IMG/VR virus record: IMGVR_UViG_3300028887_000070 | Span: 64,001 to 128,000 of that record | DNA length: 64,000 nt | Reading direction: 5' to 3' (one strand) | Origin: a virus | Taxonomy: Duplodnaviria > Caudoviricetes | Shown: positions 37,836 through 47,607 of the stretch, one piece after another | Position numbering within the stretch: the stretch's first letter is position 1 | Layout: every line of letters starts with the position of its first letter | Notes under the pieces: generated by a model | What the model was told of the DNA's origin: nothing | Databases searched by the model: none | Seen by the model: only the letters and a program-made list of their open reading frames with translations | Position numbers and translations under genes: made by a program

Positions 37836-38969
37836 ATGTTCTATACTAACCCTAATGCTACCAGACCTACTTTGGTAGAGATACACACAGCAGACATTCA
37901 CTTTGGAGCTATGGATCCAAAGGTTCAATATGATCTCTTAACTAAAGGGATGCTTGACAAGCTTCAGAACGTACAGTTTGATCTGTTCTGTATCAATGGA
38001 GACTTGTTTCATCATAAGTTCATGAGCAACTCGGATGCTGTACTCTATGCATCCATGTTTGTAGATAATATCATACAGCTCTGTAAGAGAAACAGAGCTG
38101 CTCTTATAATACTTCACGGTACAGCATCGCATGATGCTAACCAATTGAAGCTCTTCTATCATTACTTAGCGGACACTACACTCGAAATGTACATCATAGA
38201 AACTGCTACATTCGTCACTACACACGGTAAGAAGATACTCTGTCTCCCAGAGGAGTACAATAAGGGTAGAGATTACTATCTAAACCTCTTAGAATGGAGT
38301 GGTTCATATGATAGTGTATGTATGCACGGTAACCTTAAGGGAGCTATCTTCGGATGTGATAAAGAAGACCTTGATACAGTGAAGAACCCTACGTTCGATA
38401 TTGATTCATTCCAGTTCTGCAAGGGTCCTATCATTGCAGGACATGTACATGTATCTGGATGCTATCAAGGTCATATGTACTACTCTGGAAGTCCTCTTAG
38501 ATGGCAGTTCGGAGAAGAAGAAACTAAGGGCTTCTTGATAGTGATACACGACCTTGACTCTACATACTACACTGTACAGATGGAAGAAGTTGTGTCATTC
38601 AAGTACAATACTATCAACCTAGATGATATGGTTAACTATGATCCTAAAGAAGTGATCAAGTATCTCACCGACTTAAAGGCAAGTGGAATAGATTTCATAA
38701 AGGTTAAGTTCACCAAGGGTGGTTCAGCAGTAGATGCTCTAAAAGCATACTATAAGATGAACAACGAGATCACTATAGACGCTTCAGACGTTCAGTTTCA
38801 AGAGACCATAAAGGAGAACCAGAAGGTGAGTGAAGAGTATGCTAAGTACTCATACATCACTGATGGTAATCTTACTCCTAATGATATCATAGTCAGGTAC
38901 ATCAATGACGAGAAGGGTTGTGCGTTCATCACTGTAGATGAGCTTATCAAGTTACTGGAAGTGGAATGA
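37836..38969 (+). CDS. sbcD: SbcD/Mre11-like DNA repair nuclease
   Basis: ADIHFG, GDLFH, GTASHD, MHG, AGHVH, YSGS..FGEE..KGF. Confidence 0.88.
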   Translation: MFYTNPNATRPTLVEIHTADIHFGAMDPKVQYDLLTKGMLDKLQNVQFDLFCINGDLFHHKFMSNSDAVLYASMFVDNIIQLCKRNRAALIILHGTASHDANQLKLFYHYLADTTLEMYIIETATFVTTHGKKILCLPEEYNKGRDYYLNLLEWSGSYDSVCMHGNLKGAIFGCDKEDLDTVKNPTFDIDSFQFCKGPIIAGHVHVSGCYQGHMYYSGSPLRWQFGEEETKGFLIVIHDLDSTYYTVQMEEVVSFKYNTINLDDMVNYDPKEVIKYLTDLKASGIDFIKVKFTKGGSAVDALKAYYKMNNEITIDASDVQFQETIKENQKVSEEYAKYSYITDGNLTPNDIIVRYINDEKGCAFITVDELIKLLEVE

Positions 38970-38998
38970 TGATGGGGACACGATGGTGATATTTGCGA

Positions 38999-39026
38999 AA
39001 ACCTTATATTATATAATATAAGGTTT
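38999..39026. repeat. perfect 28-bp AT-rich palindrome inside a longer imperfect inverted repeat
   Basis: AAACCTTATATTATATAATATAAGGTTT equals its reverse complement; flanked by TGGTGA/TCACCA. Confidence 0.9.
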
Positions 39027-39178
39027 CTGCATTTTTCACCACATCCCACACACTACTTCTAGCAGTTCGTCACTGCATAACCCTCTTCTCAAGTATATAC
39101 TATCCCTAAGTACTAAACTATCATATCAGAAACATACAAGTAATCATATGAATCCTATGATAGAGGAGGCATAACACT

Positions 39179-41299
39179 ATGCGAGTTAGAACCGCAGGCA
39201 AAGAAGTAAAACCAGTGGTCTCTGAGGTGCAGATACCTCAGAGACTTTCAATAACACTTTTAGATACAATCTGTTCCTACATGGTAACAGATAACAAGAA
39301 CATTCGTCGCAAAGGTTACACAAATATCATTATGGCGATGAATACATTAGACCTTAGCATCTATACAGACGATGCTTACTTAAGACGTTTCGACTTCATT
39401 AAGACTGCACTTACAGCCAGAGTCGAGAATGGATTGACAAATCAGGCTCTTGTAATGGACTTTATAGAGAACAACCTCGGTGATCTCTATAAGGATATTG
39501 AACTCAAAGAGCTCAACAACAAAGAGATTGACTACATCAACAACACTGTTTCAAACATGCTTGACAATGTGGTCTTCGCACGTAATATCATGTCCTTTGA
39601 GACTGTTGCTCAAAGGTTTAAAGAAGCTAGTCCTAACCAGAAACCTGCTATAATAGAAGAATGGAAAGGACTTGTAAACGACAGCAAGAATGCTATTCGT
39701 CGTCATCGTATAGAGAAGACGGATGAGCAGATGTATTGTCTGCAAGAAGGTATATTTGAAGATTATGTAATGTATACTCATGCAGACCTATCTAGTCCAG
39801 GCAACAAACTTGCAACTGGAATGGTTGGACTTAATATACTTCTAGCAGGAGGCTTTCAGTCTGACAGAACTTACTGTGTCTTTGGTCTCCAAGGTGAAGG
39901 TAAGTCATCAACCTTAGTTAACTTAGCATATCAGATCAAGATGTATAATAGGACTTACAAGTGTAAGGATCCTACGAAGACACCTTGTGTAGTATATCTG
40001 ACCATGGAAGACCATCCTAAGGAAACTCTGTCCCGTCAATTCTCGATGGTAACAGAGCAGGGTAGTCTTATAGAACACGATGTAAACGAGTCTATTCAAC
40101 TTATGAGACAGGGTGGTCTTGCGGTAACTCCAGACAACCCTATAGACATCGTAGTTAAGTATAAGCCTAATGAGTCTGTAGATACTTCATATATCTACGA
40201 CTTAGTAGATGATCTTGAAGAAGCAGGATACGAAGTTATCTGCGTCATTCTGGACTATCTTAACAGAATACGTTCAGTTAACAGATTTACTGCATCTGAA
40301 GAGAGACTTAGACTTGGCGCTGTAACTAATGAGCTCAAGACAATAGCAACCGAGCTTCACATTCCAGTTCTCACAGCAGCTCAGTTCAACAGAAGTGCAA
40401 ACAGAAACATAGATGAAGCTAGAGAGAACGGAATAGATGATCTTGTAGATCTTCTTGGAAGAGACAATATAGCTGAGTCTATGAAGATACTTGATAACCT
40501 TGACGCGGCATTTATGATAGTGCCAGAGTTCGACATCAATCATCGCAAGTATCTTGGTATCAAGCTCGCTAAGAACAGATACCAGGCTGACTTAGAGTCA
40601 CCTCTTATCAACACAAAGCGTAGATGTATTCATCATCCTTACACAAACAACTTCTCTATGCGTCTTATGGAAGACGTAGGCTTACCTGAGCCTGTACACA
40701 AGAAGACACTTGTAGAGATGAACATGGGTGATGATGAAGGAGGCATTATGGTGGATGATGACACTGTGATACCAGATAACTCTAATAGGTTCAACTCAGC
40801 AGTTGCTGAGACAACTAAGAAGAACCTTCTCAAAGAAGCAGATATTGAGAGTAAGAGCAAGACGACCGTTATAGGTGGAACTGTCATGCCAAATCTCGAT
40901 AAGATGACTGAAGATGAGAAGAGCAAGTATAAGAAGAAGACATCAAAGAGTAAGAGTGCAACTAAGTGCACTCTCACACCTGATAGATATTCGTACTTAT
41001 ACACATTGTTACACGATCCTTTGGGTTCAATCCACCAGAGGTTTGTAGATGACTTCAATAAGGAGTTCAAGACAAACTATGGCATAGAGATGTACCCATA
41101 TATAGCTAGTACTAGAGAGATCATCCGTCTTAGTAAGATAGAAGGTTCTCAGTACGAAGATATAAAGTGTAAGAAGGGTGAGCTATATGCACCACTCTTC
41201 AGAGTAATAGAACGGAGAAATCTGTTCGAAGTTATGACTCCACAAGAGTATGAAGCCTCACGTAGCAGAGGCGGACTGGTTGTAGGAGTCAATAAATGA
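39179..41299 (+). CDS. dnaB: DnaB-like replicative helicase
   Basis: Walker A GLQGEGKS, YLTMED, ILDYLN, LTAAQFNR, KNRY. Confidence 0.88.
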   Translation: MRVRTAGKEVKPVVSEVQIPQRLSITLLDTICSYMVTDNKNIRRKGYTNIIMAMNTLDLSIYTDDAYLRRFDFIKTALTARVENGLTNQALVMDFIENNLGDLYKDIELKELNNKEIDYINNTVSNMLDNVVFARNIMSFETVAQRFKEASPNQKPAIIEEWKGLVNDSKNAIRRHRIEKTDEQMYCLQEGIFEDYVMYTHADLSSPGNKLATGMVGLNILLAGGFQSDRTYCVFGLQGEGKSSTLVNLAYQIKMYNRTYKCKDPTKTPCVVYLTMEDHPKETLSRQFSMVTEQGSLIEHDVNESIQLMRQGGLAVTPDNPIDIVVKYKPNESVDTSYIYDLVDDLEEAGYEVICVILDYLNRIRSVNRFTASEERLRLGAVTNELKTIATELHIPVLTAAQFNRSANRNIDEARENGIDDLVDLLGRDNIAESMKILDNLDAAFMIVPEFDINHRKYLGIKLAKNRYQADLESPLINTKRRCIHHPYTNNFSMRLMEDVGLPEPVHKKTLVEMNMGDDEGGIMVDDDTVIPDNSNRFNSAVAETTKKNLLKEADIESKSKTTVIGGTVMPNLDKMTEDEKSKYKKKTSKSKSATKCTLTPDRYSYLYTLLHDPLGSIHQRFVDDFNKEFKTNYGIEMYPYIASTREIIRLSKIEGSQYEDIKCKKGELYAPLFRVIERRNLFEVMTPQEYEASRSRGGLVVGVNK

Positions 41300-41722
41300 C
41301 TTCTCGGAGCCATTGATACTACTGAGTGCTTGTGACATTTGAGACTTTGAGATAAGACGAACTTCTCTGAAGTTGAAGTCTTTGACAGACCAAATGTCAT
41401 TGAGCCACAGTATAATGTAATAGAGCTCTCCGTTTCCATAGAGGAAATCGGCTAAGAGCTTAGGTCTAAAGCGATATCTGAGATACTCTTGTTCAGATAA
41501 CGTGACCTTAGTAGACATATCTTTCAGATTCTGTATGTAGTCTGACATGACATTGTATACATCGAACTCGATGTGATGTGCTGTATCAGGCTCTAACAGA
41601 GAAAGATAGTAGTATGACAACTGTCCAGATGGCTTAGCATTGACAAAGTCATCCAGAGTACAGGTTCTTGAAGGAACCTGTTGTGCAGAGTTGACGTAGG
41701 TAGATGAGTTATTATACTTCAT
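41258..41722 (-). CDS. baseplate wedge protein (T4 gp53-like LysM fold)
   Basis: YRFRPKLLADFLYGNGELYYIILWLN. Confidence 0.65.
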   Translation of the reverse strand: MKYNNSSTYVNSAQQVPSRTCTLDDFVNAKPSGQLSYYYLSLLEPDTAHHIEFDVYNVMSDYIQNLKDMSTKVTLSEQEYLRYRFRPKLLADFLYGNGELYYIILWLNDIWSVKDFNFREVRLISKSQMSQALSSINGSEKSFIDSYNQSASAT

Positions 41723-42066
41723 TCATAACACCTCCCGATGATCTGTACATTGTTTATATTACCGCCTACGAACGCGACTAAGAACTTAGTACCCTTAGGG
41801 ATGAACTTGTCCTCATAGGCAAGCATGATCTCTCTAGGTATCTTAAGATCTAGCGTGATTTCACTAGTCATCTTACTAGTGGACAACCAAGTAAGGTCTT
41901 TGTTCATGATGTAAGATCTATTAACTACTACAGTCCTACCAACTTCCGTTTCGAAAGGTACTAATGCCTTAATATAGAATGGATGCTTGACTGTAGGGTT
42001 TTCATACTTGTTTACTTCTTCGTATAGGATAGCTTCCTGTACGTAGTTGTACTCCGAGTATTTCAT
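41719..42066 (-). CDS. small baseplate hub/spike OB-fold-like protein
   Basis: IPKGTKFLVAFVGGN resembles the gp5/VgrG OB-fold motif; late promoter 42088-42099. Confidence 0.4.
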   Translation of the reverse strand: MKYSEYNYVQEAILYEEVNKYENPTVKHPFYIKALVPFETEVGRTVVVNRSYIMNKDLTWLSTSKMTSEITLDLKIPREIMLAYEDKFIPKGTKFLVAFVGGNINNVQIIGRCYE

Positions 42067-42125
42067 TCAATCACCTCCAGAATAACTTATTAGATGGTTC
42101 TGGAGTACAATAAGGAGGAACCTAT

Positions 42126-42773
42126 ATGGCCATGCTTTATACACTTGACTATTCACCCTTTAGAAAGCTTACACCAAGTCAGTATAAGAAAGGCATACCT
42201 GATCTGGACAGCTATACTGGTATAGAAGGTTTGTTACAGTCAGTAAGGCCAAAAGATCGTGAGGCTATCAGAACAGTTCTCACATACGATCCATCAGTCA
42301 TATTTATGGATATCATGTACTATGCAGGTATTGGTACAAGTAATGGTATCATCGTAGACAATGATACTATGAGACCACTACCATACAACGGAAACAAGTT
42401 TATGAGATATCCTGCCGTTATCGGCAACAACAGAGACGTAAACATAGTCAACTTTGATCCTATCTTCAATCTTAAGATGATGGAGATAGTCTTCACAGTA
42501 TACATCACCAAGATAGCTAGAGAGAGAAATCTGAGTGTTAAGTCGTTCTACATATATGGTCGTCAGAACCAACTCAAATCAGCCGAGTTATGCTTTGATG
42601 ACTGTAATGGAACTAGACTTACTTCAGATCAGTTCATGACAGACACAGTCTGCTACATCAATCTTATGATGCAGATAGAGGGTATAGATAAACAGACAGC
42701 ATACAACCAGTGTGCGGATCTGGATAACTACATCATCTGTTCCAAGAAGATGAAAGGACGTCACTATGAATGA
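42126..42773 (+). CDS. hypothetical protein
   Basis: 215 aa, RBS AAGGAGG. Confidence 0.7.
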   Translation: MAMLYTLDYSPFRKLTPSQYKKGIPDLDSYTGIEGLLQSVRPKDREAIRTVLTYDPSVIFMDIMYYAGIGTSNGIIVDNDTMRPLPYNGNKFMRYPAVIGNNRDVNIVNFDPIFNLKMMEIVFTVYITKIARERNLSVKSFYIYGRQNQLKSAELCFDDCNGTRLTSDQFMTDTVCYINLMMQIEGIDKQTAYNQCADLDNYIICSKKMKGRHYE

Positions 42774-43977
42774 TTATGCTTCACTGAATACTAATCAGCG
42801 TAGAGTGTTCGACGCAGCTATGGAATGGTGGAGAGGAGATCGATCAGAACCCTTTGAGATCTCTGGACCGCCAGGTTCAGGTAAGACATACCTGATAAAC
42901 ACTATAATAGACTATCTCGGTATAATGAGACACAGAGTTGCCCCACTTGCGTACACTGGGGCAGCTGCAATTAACATGAGAGTCCATGGTATGGAGAATG
43001 CTAAGACTGCTCATTCATGGCTTTACATGCCAGTGTTGAAGCCTGTCTTGGATAAGAACGGCAATCAAGTCGTAGACCCAAAGACCAAGAAACCAAAGAT
43101 GACGATAATGTACGTGGAAAGAGATCATTTACCAGATATAGACCTCATACTGGTAGATGAAGGGAGTACTATACCTCCTAACATGAGAGTTACTATAGAG
43201 AAACACCGTATACCAGTCATAGTAGCAGGTGATATAGACCAGTTACCACCAGTACATGACAAGCCTGCATATCTGAATGATCCCCGAAAGATACACTTCC
43301 TCACGGAGATCATGAGACAGGCTCAAGATAGTGGTATAGTCTACATATCCCAGATGGTAAAGGATGGTAAGCAACCTCATTGCGGTCTTTGGAAAGATGC
43401 ATATGTGATCCATAGAAATCAGATCACTCTAGATATGCTCTTGAAGTCGAAGATCATACTCTGTGGTAGGAATACTACAAGAGACTATTATAATGAGTTC
43501 ATGAGAGCTACTTATGGTTTCAGAGGACAACTACCTATGTATGGCGAGAGAGTAGTATGCCGTAAGAACAACTGGAATATAGCGACTCCAGACGGTATCA
43601 ATCTCACCAATGGACTTTTAGGTATGTGTATAAACGATCCTAAGTTCACTTACAATAGAAACGAAGACAGTTTCATCTTAGACTTTGCTCCAGACATGGG
43701 TTCTAATGACCTAGCAAGCAATGCATTCTACAATCTGGAGTGTTCGTATACATACTTCACTTCTAACGCCAAAGGACGTGAAGCCCTAAGAAACGATCCA
43801 CTATTGAAGAATGAAAGGTTTGAGTTTGGTTATGCCATCACTACTCACATGTCTCAAGGCTCTGAGTATGATAATGGCATATACATAGAAGAATCACTCA
43901 ACAAGTACATAGATCACAAGCTTAACTACGTTGGAGTTACACGCTTCAGAAAGTTCTGCATCTATGTGAAAGAGTGA
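42766..43977 (+). CDS. RecD/Dda-like SF1 helicase
   Basis: GPPGSGKT, VDEGS, GDIDQLPPV, LTEIMRQ, YAITTHMSQGSE, YVGVTR. Confidence 0.9.
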   Translation: MNDYASLNTNQRRVFDAAMEWWRGDRSEPFEISGPPGSGKTYLINTIIDYLGIMRHRVAPLAYTGAAAINMRVHGMENAKTAHSWLYMPVLKPVLDKNGNQVVDPKTKKPKMTIMYVERDHLPDIDLILVDEGSTIPPNMRVTIEKHRIPVIVAGDIDQLPPVHDKPAYLNDPRKIHFLTEIMRQAQDSGIVYISQMVKDGKQPHCGLWKDAYVIHRNQITLDMLLKSKIILCGRNTTRDYYNEFMRATYGFRGQLPMYGERVVCRKNNWNIATPDGINLTNGLLGMCINDPKFTYNRNEDSFILDFAPDMGSNDLASNAFYNLECSYTYFTSNAKGREALRNDPLLKNERFEFGYAITTHMSQGSEYDNGIYIEESLNKYIDHKLNYVGVTRFRKFCIYVKE

Positions 43978-44010
43978 TGTAATCTTTTAGCAAACTTACA
44001 ACAATATAGT

Positions 44011-44111
44011 ATGGCGGTGCAGCTATGCACTTAGGCTCTAACAGCAATACTTCTTGTTAAAATGGTATAACAGTACGGAGCCTAGCTATGAAGCTCAGCA
44101 GCACCTGCCAT
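44011..44111 (+). ncRNA. candidate 101-nt structured ncRNA
   Basis: Late promoter 44000-44011; 5' ATGGCGGTGC pairs with 3' GCACCTGCCAT; inner TAGGCTC/GAGCCTA and TGTTA/TAACA stems; downstream hairpin. Confidence 0.65.
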
Positions 44112-44116
44112 ATCCC

Positions 44117-44150
44117 CTTACCGTAGTGGAAGTGTCCACTACGGATAAGT
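44117..44150 (+). terminator. terminator hairpin after the candidate ncRNA
   Basis: CCGTAGTGGA-agtg-TCCACTACGG. Confidence 0.7.
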
Positions 44151-44228
44151 TGTCTTAAAACGTCTTTTGACTACATATCATACCTTTGAGTCGAGACCTA
44201 TACTAAGACTCAGAAAGGAAATGAAACT

Positions 44229-44945
44229 ATGAACGATAAGATTATCAATCCCTTTGGTATAGTAGACCCAGTTTCTAGAGAGGTAACTGAGCAGAAAGCT
44301 AACCCAACCAAAGAGGATCTCAGACTTATCAAAGAGAAAGAGAAAAGACTGGCAGAAGAGGCTAAACAGAACCTCAAGACAGTCAAGGTTGCAGATGGTG
44401 CAACTACAACAACTAAGAGACCTACTAAGAATAAGAGAACCCCACAGGCTCCAGTAGTAGGTACACCACAGCAGAATGTTCCTCAGAAGCCACAGCAGAT
44501 ACATTCCGATACAGAGTATCTTGTATGTTTCACATTAGAGGAACAGGATATGACAGCACCAGACTGGACTCGTTCCAGATGGATAACAGCAGTAGGAAGA
44601 GGTCTTTGTTTCAACAAGATCACAAACATGATACATGATTTGACCTCTGACGACATGGAAGACTTCTATGATCCTATAGATTATGAGGAGTCATTCGTAA
44701 TCTGCACAGGTGTCAAGTATGAAGAGAAGGTTCCACTCCTTCAGTTCATCAGACTCTGTGTCGAGAAAAATGCTAAAGCTGTAGACAAGTATATGCTTGC
44801 CTATATGCAGGCTGTCCTCAAGTCGTATGAATCTGGCTCGTTTGAACCTATCGATGATTGGATAAAGGCTAACAACGATACACCTTGTACTCCGCAGGTT
44901 CAGCAGACCATGTATACATCGCTTGAAGGAGAAGACATCAACTAA
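44229..44945 (+). CDS. hypothetical protein
   Basis: 238 aa, RBS GAAAGGA. Confidence 0.7.
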   Translation: MNDKIINPFGIVDPVSREVTEQKANPTKEDLRLIKEKEKRLAEEAKQNLKTVKVADGATTTTKRPTKNKRTPQAPVVGTPQQNVPQKPQQIHSDTEYLVCFTLEEQDMTAPDWTRSRWITAVGRGLCFNKITNMIHDLTSDDMEDFYDPIDYEESFVICTGVKYEEKVPLLQFIRLCVEKNAKAVDKYMLAYMQAVLKSYESGSFEPIDDWIKANNDTPCTPQVQQTMYTSLEGEDIN

Positions 44946-44969
44946 TCTAGCCACAAGGAGGACACTAAT

Positions 44970-45728
44970 ATGGCACAGAGCAAACCAAGACAGCCTCGTA
45001 AGTCCTGGTTCGACAATCAGGCTGAGAGGAAAGGTCAGAAGTTTCTGGATGGATGGGCCAATGGCCAGGACAGAGACTTCTTTTCACCAGACAAAAAGAT
45101 AAGAGCAATCGATAATATCCTTAGAGATATCAAAGATGGTCTTATCGACATCAACAAGGACATGACTGAGACAAGACTTCTTAACAAAGATCTTCTTGAA
45201 TCTATCATTCAGGTATGTTATAGCAGACTCGAGTTCTTCAGACGTATGAGCAATGCATTCGCAATGCTTAACAATGTAAGCTATTGCGTCAAGATTCAGC
45301 GTCAGTTCAATGAACAGACTGCTAATATGGACGAGTTTAGTAAAGCTCAGTTCATCAATCAGATGGATCCAAACTATAGATGGATAGCTTATTCACCACC
45401 ATTAGATGGAATCATCAATGAACAGACTGGTAATCAGGAAGGAGGAATACCGCTTGCTCACCCATTAGCAGAAGCGTGCAACCATCCTGCTTATCAGAAA
45501 CAGAAGTGGATAGCAGACACAATCGTCACGATGTACAACAATATCCTTGTAGTCTTCTCAAGACTCTATAACGATGTGTGCAACAACACACTTCAGCCTA
45601 GCGATATGACATCGATCTATGAGATCCAAGCATCCATAGACAATATGACGAAAAGCAAAGCATTCCAGAACAGAATGAATCTGCCAATGGATTTCAATGT
45701 ATTGACTGGTTACGATCTCACGCTTTAA
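44970..45728 (+). CDS. hypothetical protein
   Basis: 252 aa, RBS AAGGAGG. Confidence 0.7.
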   Translation: MAQSKPRQPRKSWFDNQAERKGQKFLDGWANGQDRDFFSPDKKIRAIDNILRDIKDGLIDINKDMTETRLLNKDLLESIIQVCYSRLEFFRRMSNAFAMLNNVSYCVKIQRQFNEQTANMDEFSKAQFINQMDPNYRWIAYSPPLDGIINEQTGNQEGGIPLAHPLAEACNHPAYQKQKWIADTIVTMYNNILVVFSRLYNDVCNNTLQPSDMTSIYEIQASIDNMTKSKAFQNRMNLPMDFNVLTGYDLTL

Positions 45729-45774
45729 CGTCCAGTCAACTTATCTATAATACTAACCAAAGGAGGTTACAGTT

Positions 45775-46317
45775 ATGGATAAAGCAACTGTAGTAGCTCT
45801 TAGACAAGAGCTTCATCAGCTCACTAATGTAGCTAGAGCCAATCCCGATAAGAAGATAGATGTACCGCTGATCATTCAGATAGATCATGGTAACACTGTA
45901 GTCGACGAGAATAACAGCTGCATCATGTGGGACGACTCAAACGAAGTATTCTATTCAATAGAGTATAACAACGACGTCAATGATAAGCTGTACGATATCT
46001 GTCCGATGAGGATCAGAGCATTCCAGTACAGCGCTATCATCTCAATCACTGCAAGAACGGATCTCAATATGCTTATGGACTTCTTCGATGCTAAGATAAC
46101 AGACGGTATCACAAACGATAGTACTAAGGAGAAGTACAGAAAGGCATATATGGACATGAGAAACCCGAAGACCTTCGCCGCAGGACATCCTAGTCCATCT
46201 ACCTCAAAGGATCTTCCTTTACAACAGGTAGAGAGGTTCAACGAAGACTTCCCGCTCATGAACCCATCAGCACTCATGGCAAACCTCGAGAACTCAAATC
46301 CAAATCTTGAGGATTAA
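45775..46317 (+). CDS. hypothetical protein
   Basis: 180 aa, RBS AGGAGGT, late promoter 45738-45749. Confidence 0.7.
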   Translation: MDKATVVALRQELHQLTNVARANPDKKIDVPLIIQIDHGNTVVDENNSCIMWDDSNEVFYSIEYNNDVNDKLYDICPMRIRAFQYSAIISITARTDLNMLMDFFDAKITDGITNDSTKEKYRKAYMDMRNPKTFAAGHPSPSTSKDLPLQQVERFNEDFPLMNPSALMANLENSNPNLED

Positions 46318-46404
46318 ACCTAATCACGATTGTATACAATAGAGGGGTACGAGAGGTTCCCCTCTTGTATATAGACTAATTTCATCAAAAGGAGGACATC
46401 GAAA

Positions 46405-47514
46405 ATGATGTACAATTCAGCACCCGCATTTGGAGCACCTATCAATGGAGGATTCACTTATCCTTCAACCGTTATCAACCCAATCCAGGAGAAGCCTCAG
46501 GTTTCTACTCTTACTGCTAAAGAAGAGAAGATCCTTGCTTCAACTGGTGGCAATGAATTTGTGTTCACTGAGGAAGAGATGGCAGTAGCTCACTGCAACC
46601 ACTCTCCTTCAACAAATGGACAGAATGTACTTCAGGTTGAGTCTGACGACGGAACAGTAGCTAAGTTCTATTGTACTAGATGTCACACTCGCTTCGAGGT
46701 TGACAGAAGAATCACTGAGCAGGACGTAACTAAGGTTTGTGAGGTAATGCATAACATCCTCAACATGATCAAGACATATCTTGGCTCAGAGATCTCACCC
46801 GAGTTCGCAAGAGACGTATTCAGCATTCAGGCAGCGTTCCCGAAGCTTCCTCGTCTCTATGGTCAGGCTAAGAAGAGCATCGAACAGAAGGTTGCTGCTT
46901 ACAATCAGCAGTTCCAGTATGCAAATCCTGGTGCTTTCTACGGTCAGCCTAATCCGTATCAGACTGCATTCGCTAATGGTCTTACAAGTCCTACAGCTCA
47001 GTATCAGTATAGTCAGTATGCTCAGGCAGCTTATCCGATGTTTAACGGTAACGGCATGCCTCAGCAGATGTACGGATATGCAGCTCAGCCTATGAATGGT
47101 GCAATGCCTGTACAGAATCCATATGCACCTCAGATGGCTAATCCTTATGCTCCTCAGGCTGGTTTCGCACCTGCACCTGTTGGAGGTCTTATGACTGCAG
47201 ATAGCAATCCGCTCGTAGCTTCACAGCCTGCTAGTGGTACAGCTCCTGCAGGCACTGGTACATTCACTGTTCCTGCACCTAATGGTGGAATGATGTTCAG
47301 CAGTGTTCAGCCTTCTCAGGTATCAGCTGCTCCTTCAGCTCCTATGATAGCAGGTGCAGCTCCTCAGGTAACACCTCAGATGAACGTACCAACAGTCGGA
47401 ACACCTGCACCTGCAGTTCCTCCGATTGCTAACCCTGCAGCAACAACAGCTACAGCTGCTCCTAATGCAGCTCCTGCAACACCTGTAGGTAACGCAAGCA
47501 CTATCACACTGTAA
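46405..47514 (+). CDS. Zn-binding protein with long Q/P/A/Y-rich disordered C-terminus
   Basis: CNH..CTRC; C-terminal ~200 aa nearly free of charged residues. Confidence 0.7.
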   Translation: MMYNSAPAFGAPINGGFTYPSTVINPIQEKPQVSTLTAKEEKILASTGGNEFVFTEEEMAVAHCNHSPSTNGQNVLQVESDDGTVAKFYCTRCHTRFEVDRRITEQDVTKVCEVMHNILNMIKTYLGSEISPEFARDVFSIQAAFPKLPRLYGQAKKSIEQKVAAYNQQFQYANPGAFYGQPNPYQTAFANGLTSPTAQYQYSQYAQAAYPMFNGNGMPQQMYGYAAQPMNGAMPVQNPYAPQMANPYAPQAGFAPAPVGGLMTADSNPLVASQPASGTAPAGTGTFTVPAPNGGMMFSSVQPSQVSAAPSAPMIAGAAPQVTPQMNVPTVGTPAPAVPPIANPAATTATAAPNAAPATPVGNASTITL

Positions 47515-47530
47515 TACGTAACATCCCATA

Positions 47531-47564
47531 GGGAGGTGAGAGAATCTCTCACCTCCTTATTTTT
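47531..47564 (+). terminator. intrinsic terminator
   Basis: GGAGGTGAGAG-aat-CTCTCACCTCC then TTATTTTT. Confidence 0.8.
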
Positions 47565-47607
47565 ATCAATCCAGTAACAATGCAATAAACTGAATCAGAA
47601 AGGATTG

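Noticed and set aside
44032-44084. Canonical tRNA gene
   Set aside because: No T-arm GTTCRA or full cloverleaf; kept only as part of the ncRNA candidate
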